NCBI GenBank assembly: GCA_965279035.1
Contig: OZ257142.1
Span: forward strand, 1,248,001 to 1,312,000
Reading direction: 5' to 3'
DNA: 64,000 nucleotides
DNA from: Bacteroidia bacterium
GTDB taxonomy: Bacteria; Bacteroidota; Bacteroidia; M30B66
Position 1 is the stretch's first letter, and every line of letters starts with the position of its first letter. Below the pieces are notes generated by a model that was given only the letters and a program-made list of their open reading frames with translations, had not been told where the DNA came from and ran no database searches. This document shows positions 52,501-61,493 of this stretch, in pieces. Made by a program: the position numbers and the translations under genes.

Positions 52501-55500
52501 CAGTTGCACATTTTGGATGGGATGCCGATGTAGCTTGTATTTCTACTCAAGATGTTCCTACATGTGCGACCAATTTATCACCTGCTGATTTAGCAACTGA
52601 TGTTTCATTTATATCTCAATTATCATGGACTGCACCTTCAGGAGTAGTAACAGGATATGATGTGTATTTTGGAACTGCATCTGATGCACTAGTTTTAGTT
52701 TCGAATGATCAAGTTGGAACTTCATATGATCCAGGTGCACTTGAATTAAATACAACTTACTATTGGCAAATAATTCCTGTAAATACAGCAGGAGAAGCAG
52801 TAGGTTGTTCTGTTCAAAGTTTTACAACTTCTCCTAATGCAGATTTTGTAATTTTTAATGGTGAAACCACTATTTGCGATGCGAATTTGTTTGATACTGG
52901 TGGTTCTGCTGGTGATTATCAATTGAATGAGGATTTTACACTAACAATTTATCCTTCTACTCCTGGAGCTTTAATTCAATTGGACTTTAATGCTTTTGAT
53001 ATTGAAGATGGTTGGGATTTCTTAGATGTTTATTATGGAAATTCGGCTACTGGAACTGCTGCATTTAATTTGACTGGAAATGTATTACCAGCTCAAATTA
53101 TATCTACTGCTACAGATGGAAGCATTACTTTACATTTCACATCTGATGATATAAATGTGGGGCCAGGATTTGACATTTCTATTTCTTGTTTTGTTCCTAC
53201 TTCTGTACCAGAGTGTGTAACTAATCCTTCACCTGCTGATGCAGCGATTGGTTCAGCTATAAATACTTCAATCTCTTGGACGGCTGCCACTGGTTTCCCA
53301 ACTGGATATGATGTTTATTTTGGTACAGACCCAAGTGCTCTTGTTTTAGTTTCTGATAATCAAACTGGAACATCCTATACTCCAAGTGGGTTATTGGCTG
53401 GAACTACTTACTACTGGCAAATAGTACCTTATAATGATCAAGGTTCTTCAGTAGGTTGTTCGGTGTACTCATTTACTACTGGGCAAGAAGAAAATGTGAA
53501 TATGTTTACAGGTACTGTAACTACATGTGCTGCTAATTTCTATGATTCTGGTGGACCTGCTGCAGCATATCAAAATGGAGAAAATTCATTATTGACTTTC
53601 CTTCCAGCTACACCTAACAATGCAATTAAAGTCACCTTTAATTCATTTGATATTGAACAAGGATTTGGTTTCTATGACTCACTAATTGTTTATAACGGAC
53701 CTGATGCAACTTTCCCTGTTCTTGGTATTTTCTCTGGTTTGAATATCCCTGGTCCATTTGTTTCTACTGATCCTTCTGGAGCTTTATCATTCCATTTCTC
53801 TTCAGATATTTCTGTTACACATGTTGGATGGGATGCTGATGTGATTTGTGTTAGCACTACTGAAATCCCAGGATGTGTTATAAATCCTTCACCTGCTGAT
53901 GCTGCTACTGATGTTAATGCTGCTTCTGCTCCATTAATTTGGTATTCAAGTACTGGTATAGCTACTGGATATGATGTTTATTTTGGAACTGATCCAAGTG
54001 CTTTAGCATTAATATCTGCTGGTCAATCTGGAACTTCATTTGATCCAGGTCAATTGGATTTAAATACTACATACTATTGGCAAATCATTCCTTCAAATTT
54101 GATTGGTTCTGCTTCTGATTGTCAAGTGTTCTCATTTACAACTGGCGGTTCAATAGATGTATTGATGTCGAATGCTACAATAACAACATGTGCTGCTAAT
54201 TTCTATGATTCTGGTGGTTCCGCAGGTACATATCAAAATAATGAGAGTTCTTTAATTACTTTCATACCTGCAACAGCAAATAATGCAATTCAAGTAATTT
54301 TTACTGAATTTAATCTTGAACAGAGTACATTCAATAATTTCATATTCGATTCATTGATTGTATACAACGGACCAGATGCGACTTATCCAGTAATTGGAAT
54401 TTATTCTGGAACAACTATTCCAGGACCTTTTGTTTCTTCAGATCCTTCAGGAGCAATATCATTCCATTTCTCATCTGATGTTTCAGTGACTAGATTAGGT
54501 TGGGCTGCTACTGTAAATTGTATAGATGCAAGTCTTCCACCTTCTTGCGCTACAATTTCTACAGGTCCTGCAGATGGATCTACTGATATTTGTGTGAATG
54601 AAGCTGTATTCACTTGGGCTAGTGGTCCTGGTGCTCCTGCAACTTCATATGATGTTTATTTTGACTTTGGTAGTGGATTAATCTTAGTTTCTGATGATCA
54701 AACAGCTAGTTCATTTGACCCAGGTATTTTAGATACGAATACTACGTATTCTATTCAAATCATTCCTTCAAATGCTAATGGATCAGCTGTTGGATGTTTA
54801 CCAATAACCTTTACAACAGGTACTTGCCTTCACTATTGCGATGCTGGAGCAACAACATGTGATGAGTTTATTGCCAATGTTGAATTAGGTAATATCAACA
54901 ATGCTACTGATTGTACTCCTGGAGGTTATAATGATTATACTGCTTTATCAGCTGATTTATATGTAGGAACTTCATCACCTATCACAATCACAAATGGTTC
55001 AACACAATGGACTGGTGATCAGTGTGGTGTTTGGATTGACTGGAACCATGATGGAGATTTTGGGGACGCCAATGAAACCATTACTGTAACAGGTACTCCA
55101 GGTACTGGACCATATACAGCTTCAATAACACCTCCGGTTGATGCATTTATTGGTTCAACTACAATGCGTGTTAGAATTACTTTTACAGGTCTTGTTGATC
55201 CATGTGGAATAGCTGGTTTTGGTGAAGTAGAGGATTATACAATAAACGTTTTACCTGCATTAACTTGTCCTTTCCCTAATAACATTTTAACATCAGAAAC
55301 TACAACAACTTCTACTGTTGTTACTTGGGATGCTGTTACAGATGTGCTTGAGTACCAAATTCGTTACAGATTAGCTTCTGAACCAACTACAGTTGCTACT
55401 TGGTCAACTCCATTGGTTGTTCCTGCACCATTAACTTTCACATTCTTGGAAAACTTAACAGCATGTGAAGATTACATCATTCAAATTGGAAGTGTTTGTG

Positions 55501-57614
55501 AAGTAGGAGCCGATGTTACTTTCTCTTCAAACATTAATTTTGGTACACATTGTATTGAATGTACTGCTGATTTAACTCCAGAAGGTGAAGATTGTGGTTT
55601 AGATGTTAATGGAGGTTGTAATTCTGGAACATTTGGTTCTATCACATGTGGGGAAACTATATGCGGAACCTCATTTTTTGATGGAAATACACGTGATACT
55701 GATTGGTTCAATTTCGATGTTCCTTCAACAGGTGTTTATACTGTAAATATTTTAGCTGAATTTGATGGTACTGTTTTCTTTGCTGATGCATCAGACTGTA
55801 ACAACATTTTAACACCAAGTCAAGGAAACTTCACAGCAACTGAACCATTTACTTTAGCTACTTCCTTAACTCCTGGAACTTACACGTTAATCTTAGTTCC
55901 ATCTTTCGATAACGCTCCTTTCACTTGTACAGGCTTCAATGCTTATACACTTGGTTTAAGCAGTGGAAATACACAGATTGCTCCTGTTGCAGATGTTTGT
56001 GAAACAACTCCAGCATTTGATTTATTTGCTATTCCATCTGGTGGTATCTGGTCTGGAACTGGTATTACAGACGCATCAACAGGAACTTTCGATCCTTCTG
56101 TTACAGGTGTAGGTTCATTTGATGTTATTTATGAAGCAGTTGGAACTGGTTGTGCTTCTACTGATACTATTACTATCAATGTTGGTGCAGCTCCTGTTGC
56201 TGATTTTGTAGGTCTTGCATCTACTTATTGTTCAACTGTTGAAAGTGTTGTCCTTACAGGAATCCCTGCAGGTGGTAACTTCTCAATTAGTCCTTCAATT
56301 CCAGGTGCTATTGCAGGAAACATTTTCCTACCAAGCCTACTTACTGCAGGTTCTTATGATGTTACTTATACTGTAAGTGTTCCAAATAGTGTTTGTTCAG
56401 GAACTATAACTCAAACAGTTGTTATTGTTGATGGTCCATCCGTTACGATTGATCCTATTGCTCCTGCAGTTTGTTCTCAAGATGCTGCTATTACACTATC
56501 TGGTACACCTTCAACTGGTGTATTTAGTGGAAATGGTGTCATAGGTTCTACATTTGATCCTACTTTATCAGGTACAGGTAATCAGACTATAACATACACT
56601 GTTACTGAAGCTGGAAATGCATGTCCTGGTATTGCAACTACTCAAATTCAAGTCAATCCAGCCCCTATTGTTTCCATTAGTGGTGTTTCTGGTGACTACT
56701 GCTTGAACTCAGGTGCTGTAACAATGATTGGCTTACCTGCACTCGGTACTTTCTTAATTGATGGTGTTGCTTCAGGTGCTTCGTTTGATCCTGCTGTTGC
56801 TGGTTTAGGTTCTCATACATTACGTTATGAATTCAATAATGGAACATGTACTGGCTTTGACGAAGTAACAGTGAATGTTGTAAATAACTTAAGTGTTACT
56901 ATCAATAACCTTCCTGCAACAATTTGTTCTAAAGACGATCCAATTTTATTGACTTCAACACCTGCTGGGGCTGTATTTAGTGGTCAAGGTGTAATAGGGG
57001 GAAATACTTTTGATCCATCTCAAGTAACAGTTGGTAGTCATTCTATTACTGCTACTTATTCTAACGGTAATTGTTCAGCTACAGCATCTCAATCAATTGT
57101 TGTGAATCCTGAGCCAACTGCTAGTTTCAATTACAGTGCAAATGGTTCTAGTGTAGTATTTAGTAATACATCTTCAAATGCTACAAGCTATTCTTGGAAT
57201 TTTGGCGATGGAAGTGCTCCAAGTACTGCAACAAATCCAACTCACAATTATTCCTCAAATGGATCTTACACAATCCAATTGACTGCATCTTCTGCAAATT
57301 GTGGTGACGCTACATTCTCAGTTCAATTAGAACTTTCAGTAGGAATAGGAAGTATCGATGGTGTTGATATGATTCAATTATATCCTAACCCAACAAGTGG
57401 AAATGTGATGCTTTCATTTAATTCATTGAATCAACAATCTTTTGAAGTTCGTATTACGGATGCAACTGGTCGTTTAATTCAAACGGAAGCTTTAACAAAC
57501 TACGTTGGTAAATTCAATAAGATGTTTGATCTTAGTGATAAGGCTAAAGGAGTTTATATTTTCACAGTTTCTTCTGAGAAAGGTTCGATTAACTTCCGAG
57601 TTGTTCGCGACTAA
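46551..57614 (+). CDS. Giant T9SS-secreted multidomain surface protein (GEVED, P-domain, 9 CUB, 12 FnIII-like, Ig-like, PKD, type A CTD)
   Basis: Signal peptide; GETEDY and GEVEDY; ADLDIYLESP..NGLWKLRVCD; repeated C...F(F/Y)DSG and YDVYFG modules; SWNFGDG; LYPNP...KGVY. Confidence 0.9.
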   Translation: MKKLYSIFITLLLLTFASNSLKAQCPYDNNFYTTLSAPSVIGASVGGGDCIYAGEYYRISGLQAGSTYRISTCNTTDVADTRVTVYAEGGVGAALTFNDDFCGLLSRVDFTPSVSGNYDVLVDATGSGNTCVSINECVELTVTLIGTSGSVSYCIPSYTVGTSNGDFINGVSLGLINNQNSGSASGPAYHDYTNLATSLNSSSSYTLAVKNNPDFSEIVSAWIDYNQDFEFSEDERLGQVSIAANGTGNINFTTASNPLAGPTRMRVRMVFSVPVSGGSVSPCLSSQFGETEDYTVNFSSDPPGPPSALTFSTACGLSTSIQDNACPNNTLSTVTVSGLTSLGTGHILTSAAIIIEHPMAADLDIYLESPTGEIVELSTDNGGSGSDYGQYTIGNCSQTAKFIMSASTPVSGSSAPFIGSYIPEGDLNNFNAGVNPNGLWKLRVCDDFSGDIGTIRYFELNFDLNATEPPACADSYTIIDGSSNVELNQILSWTAGSGNPTSYDVYFGTAVDALVLVSNNQSGTSFDPGAYNPNTTYYYQVIPSNNAGDATGCPVVSFTTVDAGATTILQSNGSVTTCAGNFFDSGGVNGNYDNNEFSMLTIYPETPGSAIEVDFTSFDLDASFDFLAIADGIDGNAPVIGLYSGNTSPGTVTATNPDGALTFLFSSDDIGTFDGWVATVNCVPLQALPECSVNNLPSDGSVDQSITSQLSWDAVSGATGYDVYFGTDANPVLVASGITEITYDPGVLLNQTIYYYKIVPVNLNGSAVSCSTYSFSTVNAPGNIILMQEGTVSTCDAQFFDSGNSTSNYSNDENTTLTISPSTANSVVEVVFNSFASEQDLDNLLIYNGSNTSGTLLQTLTGTISGPVTVTSTSSDGALTFVFSSDFQVNNAGWDATISCIALPDAPTCVIPSSPVNLASDVALDATLSWTQGVGETPDSYDVYFGTASDALVLVSDNQVGTSYSPVGLLNSTTYYWSVIASNAGGSSANNPSDCFVNSFTTIALPTTPTCPVLSGPADASTNVALDVTLSWTAGIGAPTESYNVYFGTAADALVQLSSGEIFTTYSPSSLLNNTTYYWSITATNTEGTSSNCDVYNFTTLPVVLEAPSCVVPSSPIDAAIDIAIDATISWSAGLGGAPDSYDVYFGTAADALVLVSNDQVGTSYTPTGMLNGTTYYWSVIATNTAGSSANIPADCFVNSFTTIDQVNPTDIIMQNGSVTACSGNFYDSGSLADNYSDDESYVLTVTPDVSGNLLQVNFTAFDVEQDFDSLYVYDGNSIAAPLIGAYSGTLTPFIVTSSATDGSLTFKFTSDASANFAGWEAELSCIDPNVAPSCASNLSPADLSTGIFTSPTLTWENGGGLVTGYDVYFGTASDALVLVSDNQTGTSFDPGSLDLNTTYYWQIIPSNGSLAASGCSINSFTTSAVLQVLMSNATVTTCEAEFYDSGAADNDYSLEEYSLITFLPETPNNAIQVTFNSFDLEQSTFTGTIYDSLIVYNGPDATYPIIGVYSGTTIPGPFVSSDPSGALSFHFSSDVSVTRAGWDANVICISTTDAPSCATNFAPSDLSTDVSVAPELTWTSGGGIVTGYDVYFGTASDALVLVSSAQTATSFSPGALELNTTYYWQVVPANGALSATDCSVNSFTTEAVANIIMQNNSLTVCNANFFDSGNSTSDYTSGENFTLSLLPATPGNVLEVIFSEFDLEQSTFDGTIYDSLIVYDGPDATFPVIGVYSGTTIPGPFVSTDASGALTFHFSSDISVTHAGWVASVNCIDPEGLPNCAENFSPADAATDVLVTSTSLSWTSGGGNVTGYDVYFGTDISSLPIVSPNQAGTTYSLGTLDLNTTYYWQIVPINANGSATGCSINSFTTSPNLDVLMTTATITTCAANFFDSGGPDNDYQNGESSLITFIPETPNSAIQVTFNTFDIEQSTFSSTIYDSLIVYNGPDATYPIIGVYSGTTIPGPFVSSDPSGALSFYFSSDISVAHFGWDADVACISTQDVPTCATNLSPADLATDVSFISQLSWTAPSGVVTGYDVYFGTASDALVLVSNDQVGTSYDPGALELNTTYYWQIIPVNTAGEAVGCSVQSFTTSPNADFVIFNGETTICDANLFDTGGSAGDYQLNEDFTLTIYPSTPGALIQLDFNAFDIEDGWDFLDVYYGNSATGTAAFNLTGNVLPAQIISTATDGSITLHFTSDDINVGPGFDISISCFVPTSVPECVTNPSPADAAIGSAINTSISWTAATGFPTGYDVYFGTDPSALVLVSDNQTGTSYTPSGLLAGTTYYWQIVPYNDQGSSVGCSVYSFTTGQEENVNMFTGTVTTCAANFYDSGGPAAAYQNGENSLLTFLPATPNNAIKVTFNSFDIEQGFGFYDSLIVYNGPDATFPVLGIFSGLNIPGPFVSTDPSGALSFHFSSDISVTHVGWDADVICVSTTEIPGCVINPSPADAATDVNAASAPLIWYSSTGIATGYDVYFGTDPSALALISAGQSGTSFDPGQLDLNTTYYWQIIPSNLIGSASDCQVFSFTTGGSIDVLMSNATITTCAANFYDSGGSAGTYQNNESSLITFIPATANNAIQVIFTEFNLEQSTFNNFIFDSLIVYNGPDATYPVIGIYSGTTIPGPFVSSDPSGAISFHFSSDVSVTRLGWAATVNCIDASLPPSCATISTGPADGSTDICVNEAVFTWASGPGAPATSYDVYFDFGSGLILVSDDQTASSFDPGILDTNTTYSIQIIPSNANGSAVGCLPITFTTGTCLHYCDAGATTCDEFIANVELGNINNATDCTPGGYNDYTALSADLYVGTSSPITITNGSTQWTGDQCGVWIDWNHDGDFGDANETITVTGTPGTGPYTASITPPVDAFIGSTTMRVRITFTGLVDPCGIAGFGEVEDYTINVLPALTCPFPNNILTSETTTTSTVVTWDAVTDVLEYQIRYRLASEPTTVATWSTPLVVPAPLTFTFLENLTACEDYIIQIGSVCEVGADVTFSSNINFGTHCIECTADLTPEGEDCGLDVNGGCNSGTFGSITCGETICGTSFFDGNTRDTDWFNFDVPSTGVYTVNILAEFDGTVFFADASDCNNILTPSQGNFTATEPFTLATSLTPGTYTLILVPSFDNAPFTCTGFNAYTLGLSSGNTQIAPVADVCETTPAFDLFAIPSGGIWSGTGITDASTGTFDPSVTGVGSFDVIYEAVGTGCASTDTITINVGAAPVADFVGLASTYCSTVESVVLTGIPAGGNFSISPSIPGAIAGNIFLPSLLTAGSYDVTYTVSVPNSVCSGTITQTVVIVDGPSVTIDPIAPAVCSQDAAITLSGTPSTGVFSGNGVIGSTFDPTLSGTGNQTITYTVTEAGNACPGIATTQIQVNPAPIVSISGVSGDYCLNSGAVTMIGLPALGTFLIDGVASGASFDPAVAGLGSHTLRYEFNNGTCTGFDEVTVNVVNNLSVTINNLPATICSKDDPILLTSTPAGAVFSGQGVIGGNTFDPSQVTVGSHSITATYSNGNCSATASQSIVVNPEPTASFNYSANGSSVVFSNTSSNATSYSWNFGDGSAPSTATNPTHNYSSNGSYTIQLTASSANCGDATFSVQLELSVGIGSIDGVDMIQLYPNPTSGNVMLSFNSLNQQSFEVRITDATGRLIQTEALTNYVGKFNKMFDLSDKAKGVYIFTVSSEKGSINFRVVRD
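47952..54828 (+). repeat. Intragenic tandem array of FnIII-like (F) and CUB (C) modules, ~660 bp per pair
   Basis: Order read from the translation: F C F C F F F C F C F C F C F C F C F C F. Confidence 0.85.
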
Positions 57615-57630
57615 TTAAATAGTATAATTG

Positions 57631-57665
57631 AAAAGCCGCTTTGTTCAATCAAAGCGGCTTTTTTT
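57631..57665 (+). terminator. Intrinsic terminator of the giant gene
   Basis: AAAAGCCGCTTTG / CAAAGCGGCTTTTTTT. Confidence 0.9.
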
Positions 57666-57714
57666 ATGCTCGTTATTTCATAAAATATATTCAGAACACT
57701 ATTCAAGTGTCTGC

Positions 57715-57744
57715 AAAAAAAAAGAGCCTATTTAAAGGCTCTTT
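57715..57744 (-). terminator. Intrinsic terminator of hpt-adk
   Basis: A-run then AAAGAGCCT / AGGCTCTTT. Confidence 0.8.
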
Positions 57745-57770
57745 CATATAGTCGGAATTCTATTATTTTG

Positions 57771-58337
57771 TTATTCTAATGCTTTACAAAGTGCATTGAA
57801 AATTTCTTCGAGACTTCCTTCTCCTTTAATTGATTTGAATTTATTCTGTGCGTTATAGTGTGAAGCTACGGGTGATGTTTTGTCATTATATTCTTTAATT
57901 CTATTTCTAATAATAGAAACATCTTGATCATCACTTCTTCCAGAATCTTTACCTCTATTCAAAAGTCTTTTCACTAATTCATCTTCATTTACTTCTAATG
58001 CAAGCATAGCAGTAATTGACGTATTTAGCTCTTGAAGCAAATTGTCTAACGCTTGAGCTTGAGGAATTGTCCTCGGAAAGCCATCAAATATGAAACCCTG
58101 TGCTTTAGGATTTGATTCTAGTTTTGATCGTATCATTCCAATCACAACTTCATCAGGAACTAATATCCCTTGATCCATTAATTTTTTTGCTTCTAAACCT
58201 AGCTTAGTCCCTGCCGTAATCTCACTGCGCAGTAAATCACCAGTCGATAAATGATTTAAATGAAAGTGATTTACAAGGAAACTAGACTGTGTTCCCTTTC
58301 CAGCACCAGGAGGACCGAATAGAACGATGTTGAGCAT
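57771..58337 (-). CDS. adk: Adenylate kinase (short form)
   Basis: GPPGAGKGT, STGDLLR, FDGFPRT, GRSDD. Confidence 0.96.
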   Translation of the reverse strand: MLNIVLFGPPGAGKGTQSSFLVNHFHLNHLSTGDLLRSEITAGTKLGLEAKKLMDQGILVPDEVVIGMIRSKLESNPKAQGFIFDGFPRTIPQAQALDNLLQELNTSITAMLALEVNEDELVKRLLNRGKDSGRSDDQDVSIIRNRIKEYNDKTSPVASHYNAQNKFKSIKGEGSLEEIFNALCKALE

Positions 58338-58343
58338 GTTATT

Positions 58344-58877
58344 TCAAGTAAGTTGGTAAATGTCAGGTAAATTTCGTCCTATACCATTAAGATCTAAACC
58401 GTAGCCAACGACAAATTTCTCTGGAATAGAAAAGCAAATATAATCGGGTTTTATATTTTCAATTAAAGATTCTGGTTTGAATAATAAAGCTGCTATTTTA
58501 ATCGAATTCGGTTTTTTATTTATTAGTTGATTTATAATTGATTTCATTGTTTGTCCTGTATCAATAATATCTTCAAGTAAAATAATATCTCTACCTTCAA
58601 TTGATTCTTGAAGTCCAACAAGTTCTTTCACTATACCGCTTGTTGAAGTACCAGAATATGAAGAAAGTTTTATAAAACTGATTTCACATTGAATCGATAT
58701 TTTTTTTAAAAGATCAGAAGTGAACATGAATGAACCATTAAGGACACTTATAAATAGTGGTTTTTTATCTGAATATTGACTATTTATTTGATCAGCAATC
58801 CCTTGAATTGCAGTTAATATTTCATTTTCGGAAATATAAAGACCAAAGGTTTTATCCTCAATTATTACTTGTTTCAT
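58344..58877 (-). CDS. hpt: Hypoxanthine phosphoribosyltransferase
   Basis: VLNGSFMF, LLEDIIDTG, FVVGYGLD, RNLP. Confidence 0.95.
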   Translation of the reverse strand: MKQVIIEDKTFGLYISENEILTAIQGIADQINSQYSDKKPLFISVLNGSFMFTSDLLKKISIQCEISFIKLSSYSGTSTSGIVKELVGLQESIEGRDIILLEDIIDTGQTMKSIINQLINKKPNSIKIAALLFKPESLIENIKPDYICFSIPEKFVVGYGLDLNGIGRNLPDIYQLT

Positions 58878-58917
58878 AGAAGTCAGCCAAAATATACAAT
58901 TTCTTCATGCCACATGG

Positions 58918-58925
58918 TATATTTG
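58918..58925 (+). promoter_or_regulatory. -7 promoter element (TATATTTG) of purKE
   Basis: Exact TAnnTTTG ending 4 nt before the ATG. Confidence 0.6.
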
Positions 58926-58929
58926 GCAA

Positions 58930-60075
58930 ATGCAATCAAAGCAAAAACACAATACTAAAATAGGAATCCTTGGTGGAGGTCAACTTGGTAGAATGTTCAT
59001 TCAGCAGGCAATTTCTTATAATCAAGAAATTCATGTTTTAGATCCTGATCCAAATGCCCCTTGTAAAAACATTGCTTCTCATTTTGTAGAAGGTGATTTT
59101 AGGGATTTTGAAACAGTTATAGCGTTTGGGAGAAGTGTAGATATTTTAACTATTGAAATTGAACAAGTAAATATAGAAGCACTTGAGCAACTTGAAAGAG
59201 AAGGGATTGACGTATTTCCACAATCATCTGTAATAAGAACAATTCAAGATAAAGGCACTCAAAAATTCTTTTATACGAATAATCAAATTCCTACTTCACC
59301 TTTTATTTTGATTGATTCACAAGAAGATATTAAGGAATTAGATCCTTCTTGGTTTCCATGTTTTGTTAAGAGTAGAAAGGATGGTTATGATGGAAAAGGA
59401 GTGCAACTGTTAAGCTCACCACTTGATTATATTCTTTCATTTGATGTTCCTTCAATTATAGAAAAAGCTGTTCAAATCGAGCTCGAATTTGCAGTTATCA
59501 TTGCATCAAATGGACAAGGTGATATTAAAAGTTTCCCATTAATCGATATGGAATTTAATCCTCAATTAAATCTCGTAGATACATTATCAGCACCGTCTCG
59601 ATTAACTGAGGATATTCAGTCTGAAGCAATTGATATTGCACAAAGAATTATTGAGAAACTTGGAATTCGTGGAATATTGGCCATTGAGTTTTTTCTAACA
59701 AAAGAGGGTGAAATTTTAGTAAATGAAATGGCACCTCGTACTCATAATTCGGGGCATCATACAATAGAAGGGAATGCAACTAGTCAATTTGAGCAGCACT
59801 TTAGAGCGATATTAGGTTGGCCTTTAGGTGATTCACGTACATTAATGCCTGCAGTTATGATTAATTTATTGGGTGAAGATGGATATCAAGGCCCGGTTAA
59901 AATCCAAGGCTTAGAGGAAATATTGAAAATACCAATGACTTATGTACATCTTTATGGTAAAAATAGTACGAAGCCATTCCGAAAAATGGGACATGTAACT
60001 ATTCTTGCTAATAGTTATCATGAAGCTCATCAGAATGCTAATATTGTAAAAGAGAAATTAAAAATAATCAGCTAG
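58930..60075 (+). CDS. purK: N5-CAIR synthetase
   Basis: [37 protein letters not shown]. Confidence 0.96.
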   Translation: MQSKQKHNTKIGILGGGQLGRMFIQQAISYNQEIHVLDPDPNAPCKNIASHFVEGDFRDFETVIAFGRSVDILTIEIEQVNIEALEQLEREGIDVFPQSSVIRTIQDKGTQKFFYTNNQIPTSPFILIDSQEDIKELDPSWFPCFVKSRKDGYDGKGVQLLSSPLDYILSFDVPSIIEKAVQIELEFAVIIASNGQGDIKSFPLIDMEFNPQLNLVDTLSAPSRLTEDIQSEAIDIAQRIIEKLGIRGILAIEFFLTKEGEILVNEMAPRTHNSGHHTIEGNATSQFEQHFRAILGWPLGDSRTLMPAVMINLLGEDGYQGPVKIQGLEEILKIPMTYVHLYGKNSTKPFRKMGHVTILANSYHEAHQNANIVKEKLKIIS

Positions 60076-60080
60076 AAATT

Positions 60081-60611
60081 ATGGGATCATTAACTGCGAA
60101 AGTCTCAATTATAATGGGTAGTCAAAGTGATTTGCCAATACTCCAGGAAGCTGCATTTTATTTGGATAAATTTGAAATTCCTTTCGAAATATCCATTGTT
60201 TCTGCACATAGAACCCCAGAAAGAATGGTTGAGTATGCTCAATCAGCGCGAGCTCGTGGAATCAAAGTAATTATTGCAGGAGCAGGTGGTGCCGCTCATT
60301 TACCTGGAATGGTTGCTTCGTTAACTACCTTGCCAGTTATTGGGGTTCCTGTTAAATCAAGTAATTCGATTGATGGATGGGATTCAGTTTTATCAATTTT
60401 GCAAATGCCTACTGGAGTTCCAGTCGCAACTGTGGCATTGAATGGAGCTGCTAATGCAGGAATTCTAGCGGCTCAGATGCTTTCCATAAGTGATTCAGAA
60501 ATTGCTGAAAAACTTCATTCATTTAAAATTGAACTTAAGGAAAAAGTCCAGGCTTCTATTTCTAAAGTTGAAGGTTTGTCATTTAAATACTTGACACCAA
60601 CATCATTTTAA
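60081..60611 (+). CDS. purE: N5-CAIR mutase
   Basis: [35 protein letters not shown]. Confidence 0.97.
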   Translation: MGSLTAKVSIIMGSQSDLPILQEAAFYLDKFEIPFEISIVSAHRTPERMVEYAQSARARGIKVIIAGAGGAAHLPGMVASLTTLPVIGVPVKSSNSIDGWDSVLSILQMPTGVPVATVALNGAANAGILAAQMLSISDSEIAEKLHSFKIELKEKVQASISKVEGLSFKYLTPTSF

Positions 60612-60666
60612 GAGTTTTTAAACAAGCTATTGTTGTTTAGAAAATTAGCATGTATTTTAGATTCTG

Positions 60667-61491
60667 ATGAAGCACTTGTATTTAACATGTTTAGGAATAT
60701 TCTTTATTTCAGTTATTCAAGCTGGAAATGACAATACACATTTTGGAGCACGTTCGGCCGCATTAGGAAATGCATCTGTAACATTATCTGATGTATGGTC
60801 TGCTCATCATAATCAAGCTGGATTAGGATTTATTACAAAAGCATGTGCAGGAGTTTCTTATGAAAATCGTTTTTTAGTTCCCGAATTGGGTTTAAGTGGA
60901 GCTGTCGTTGCATTGCCATTAAAAGAAAAGCGAGGTACGTTTGGGTTAAGCATCCGAAAATTTGGATATTCACAATACAGTGAAAGTAAAATAGGATTAG
61001 GTTTTGGCCGAGCTTTCGGTGAGCATTTGAGTATTGGAATGCAAATTAACTATCAAAATGTACAATTTGCAGATGTGTATGGGAGTAAAACAGCCTTTAC
61101 AGTAGAAGCAGGTGCTATTTATAAATTATCTCCAGTTTTAACTGTTGCTGCTCATGTATTTAATCCTAACCGTTCACGATTAACAGAATTAGATCAAGAT
61201 CGATTGCCTGTTGCTATGCGTTTTGGATTGAGGTATCAATTTTCAAATATGGTTTTTATTGCTGCTGAAACAGAAAAGGACAGTTATAATAAACCGGTTT
61301 TTAGAGCTGGAATAGAATACATGGCTGGTAGTGTACTTTATTTAAGAGCTGGAATGGGCAGTCAACCTATTAGCAGTTCATTTGGGTTTGGTTTGAAGTT
61401 GAAAAAACTTCAAATAGATATGGCCGGAAATTTCCATCCAGTACTTGGTTTCTCTCCTCAATTTTCATTGACTTATCAATTTCGCGATTGA
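60667..61491 (+). CDS. Putative outer-membrane beta-barrel (PorV/FadL-like superfamily)
   Basis: Signal peptide, GARSAALG, NQAGL, alternating beta-strand pattern, LRAG, C-terminal LTYQF. Confidence 0.65.
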   Translation: MKHLYLTCLGIFFISVIQAGNDNTHFGARSAALGNASVTLSDVWSAHHNQAGLGFITKACAGVSYENRFLVPELGLSGAVVALPLKEKRGTFGLSIRKFGYSQYSESKIGLGFGRAFGEHLSIGMQINYQNVQFADVYGSKTAFTVEAGAIYKLSPVLTVAAHVFNPNRSRLTELDQDRLPVAMRFGLRYQFSNMVFIAAETEKDSYNKPVFRAGIEYMAGSVLYLRAGMGSQPISSSFGFGLKLKKLQIDMAGNFHPVLGFSPQFSLTYQFRD

Positions 61492-61493
61492 GT

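Noticed and set aside
47952-54828. Regularly spaced DNA repeats as a CRISPR array or DGR template/variable repeats
   Set aside because: Repeats are in-frame, synonymously degenerate protein modules; no cas or reverse transcriptase gene and no adenine-specific variation seen
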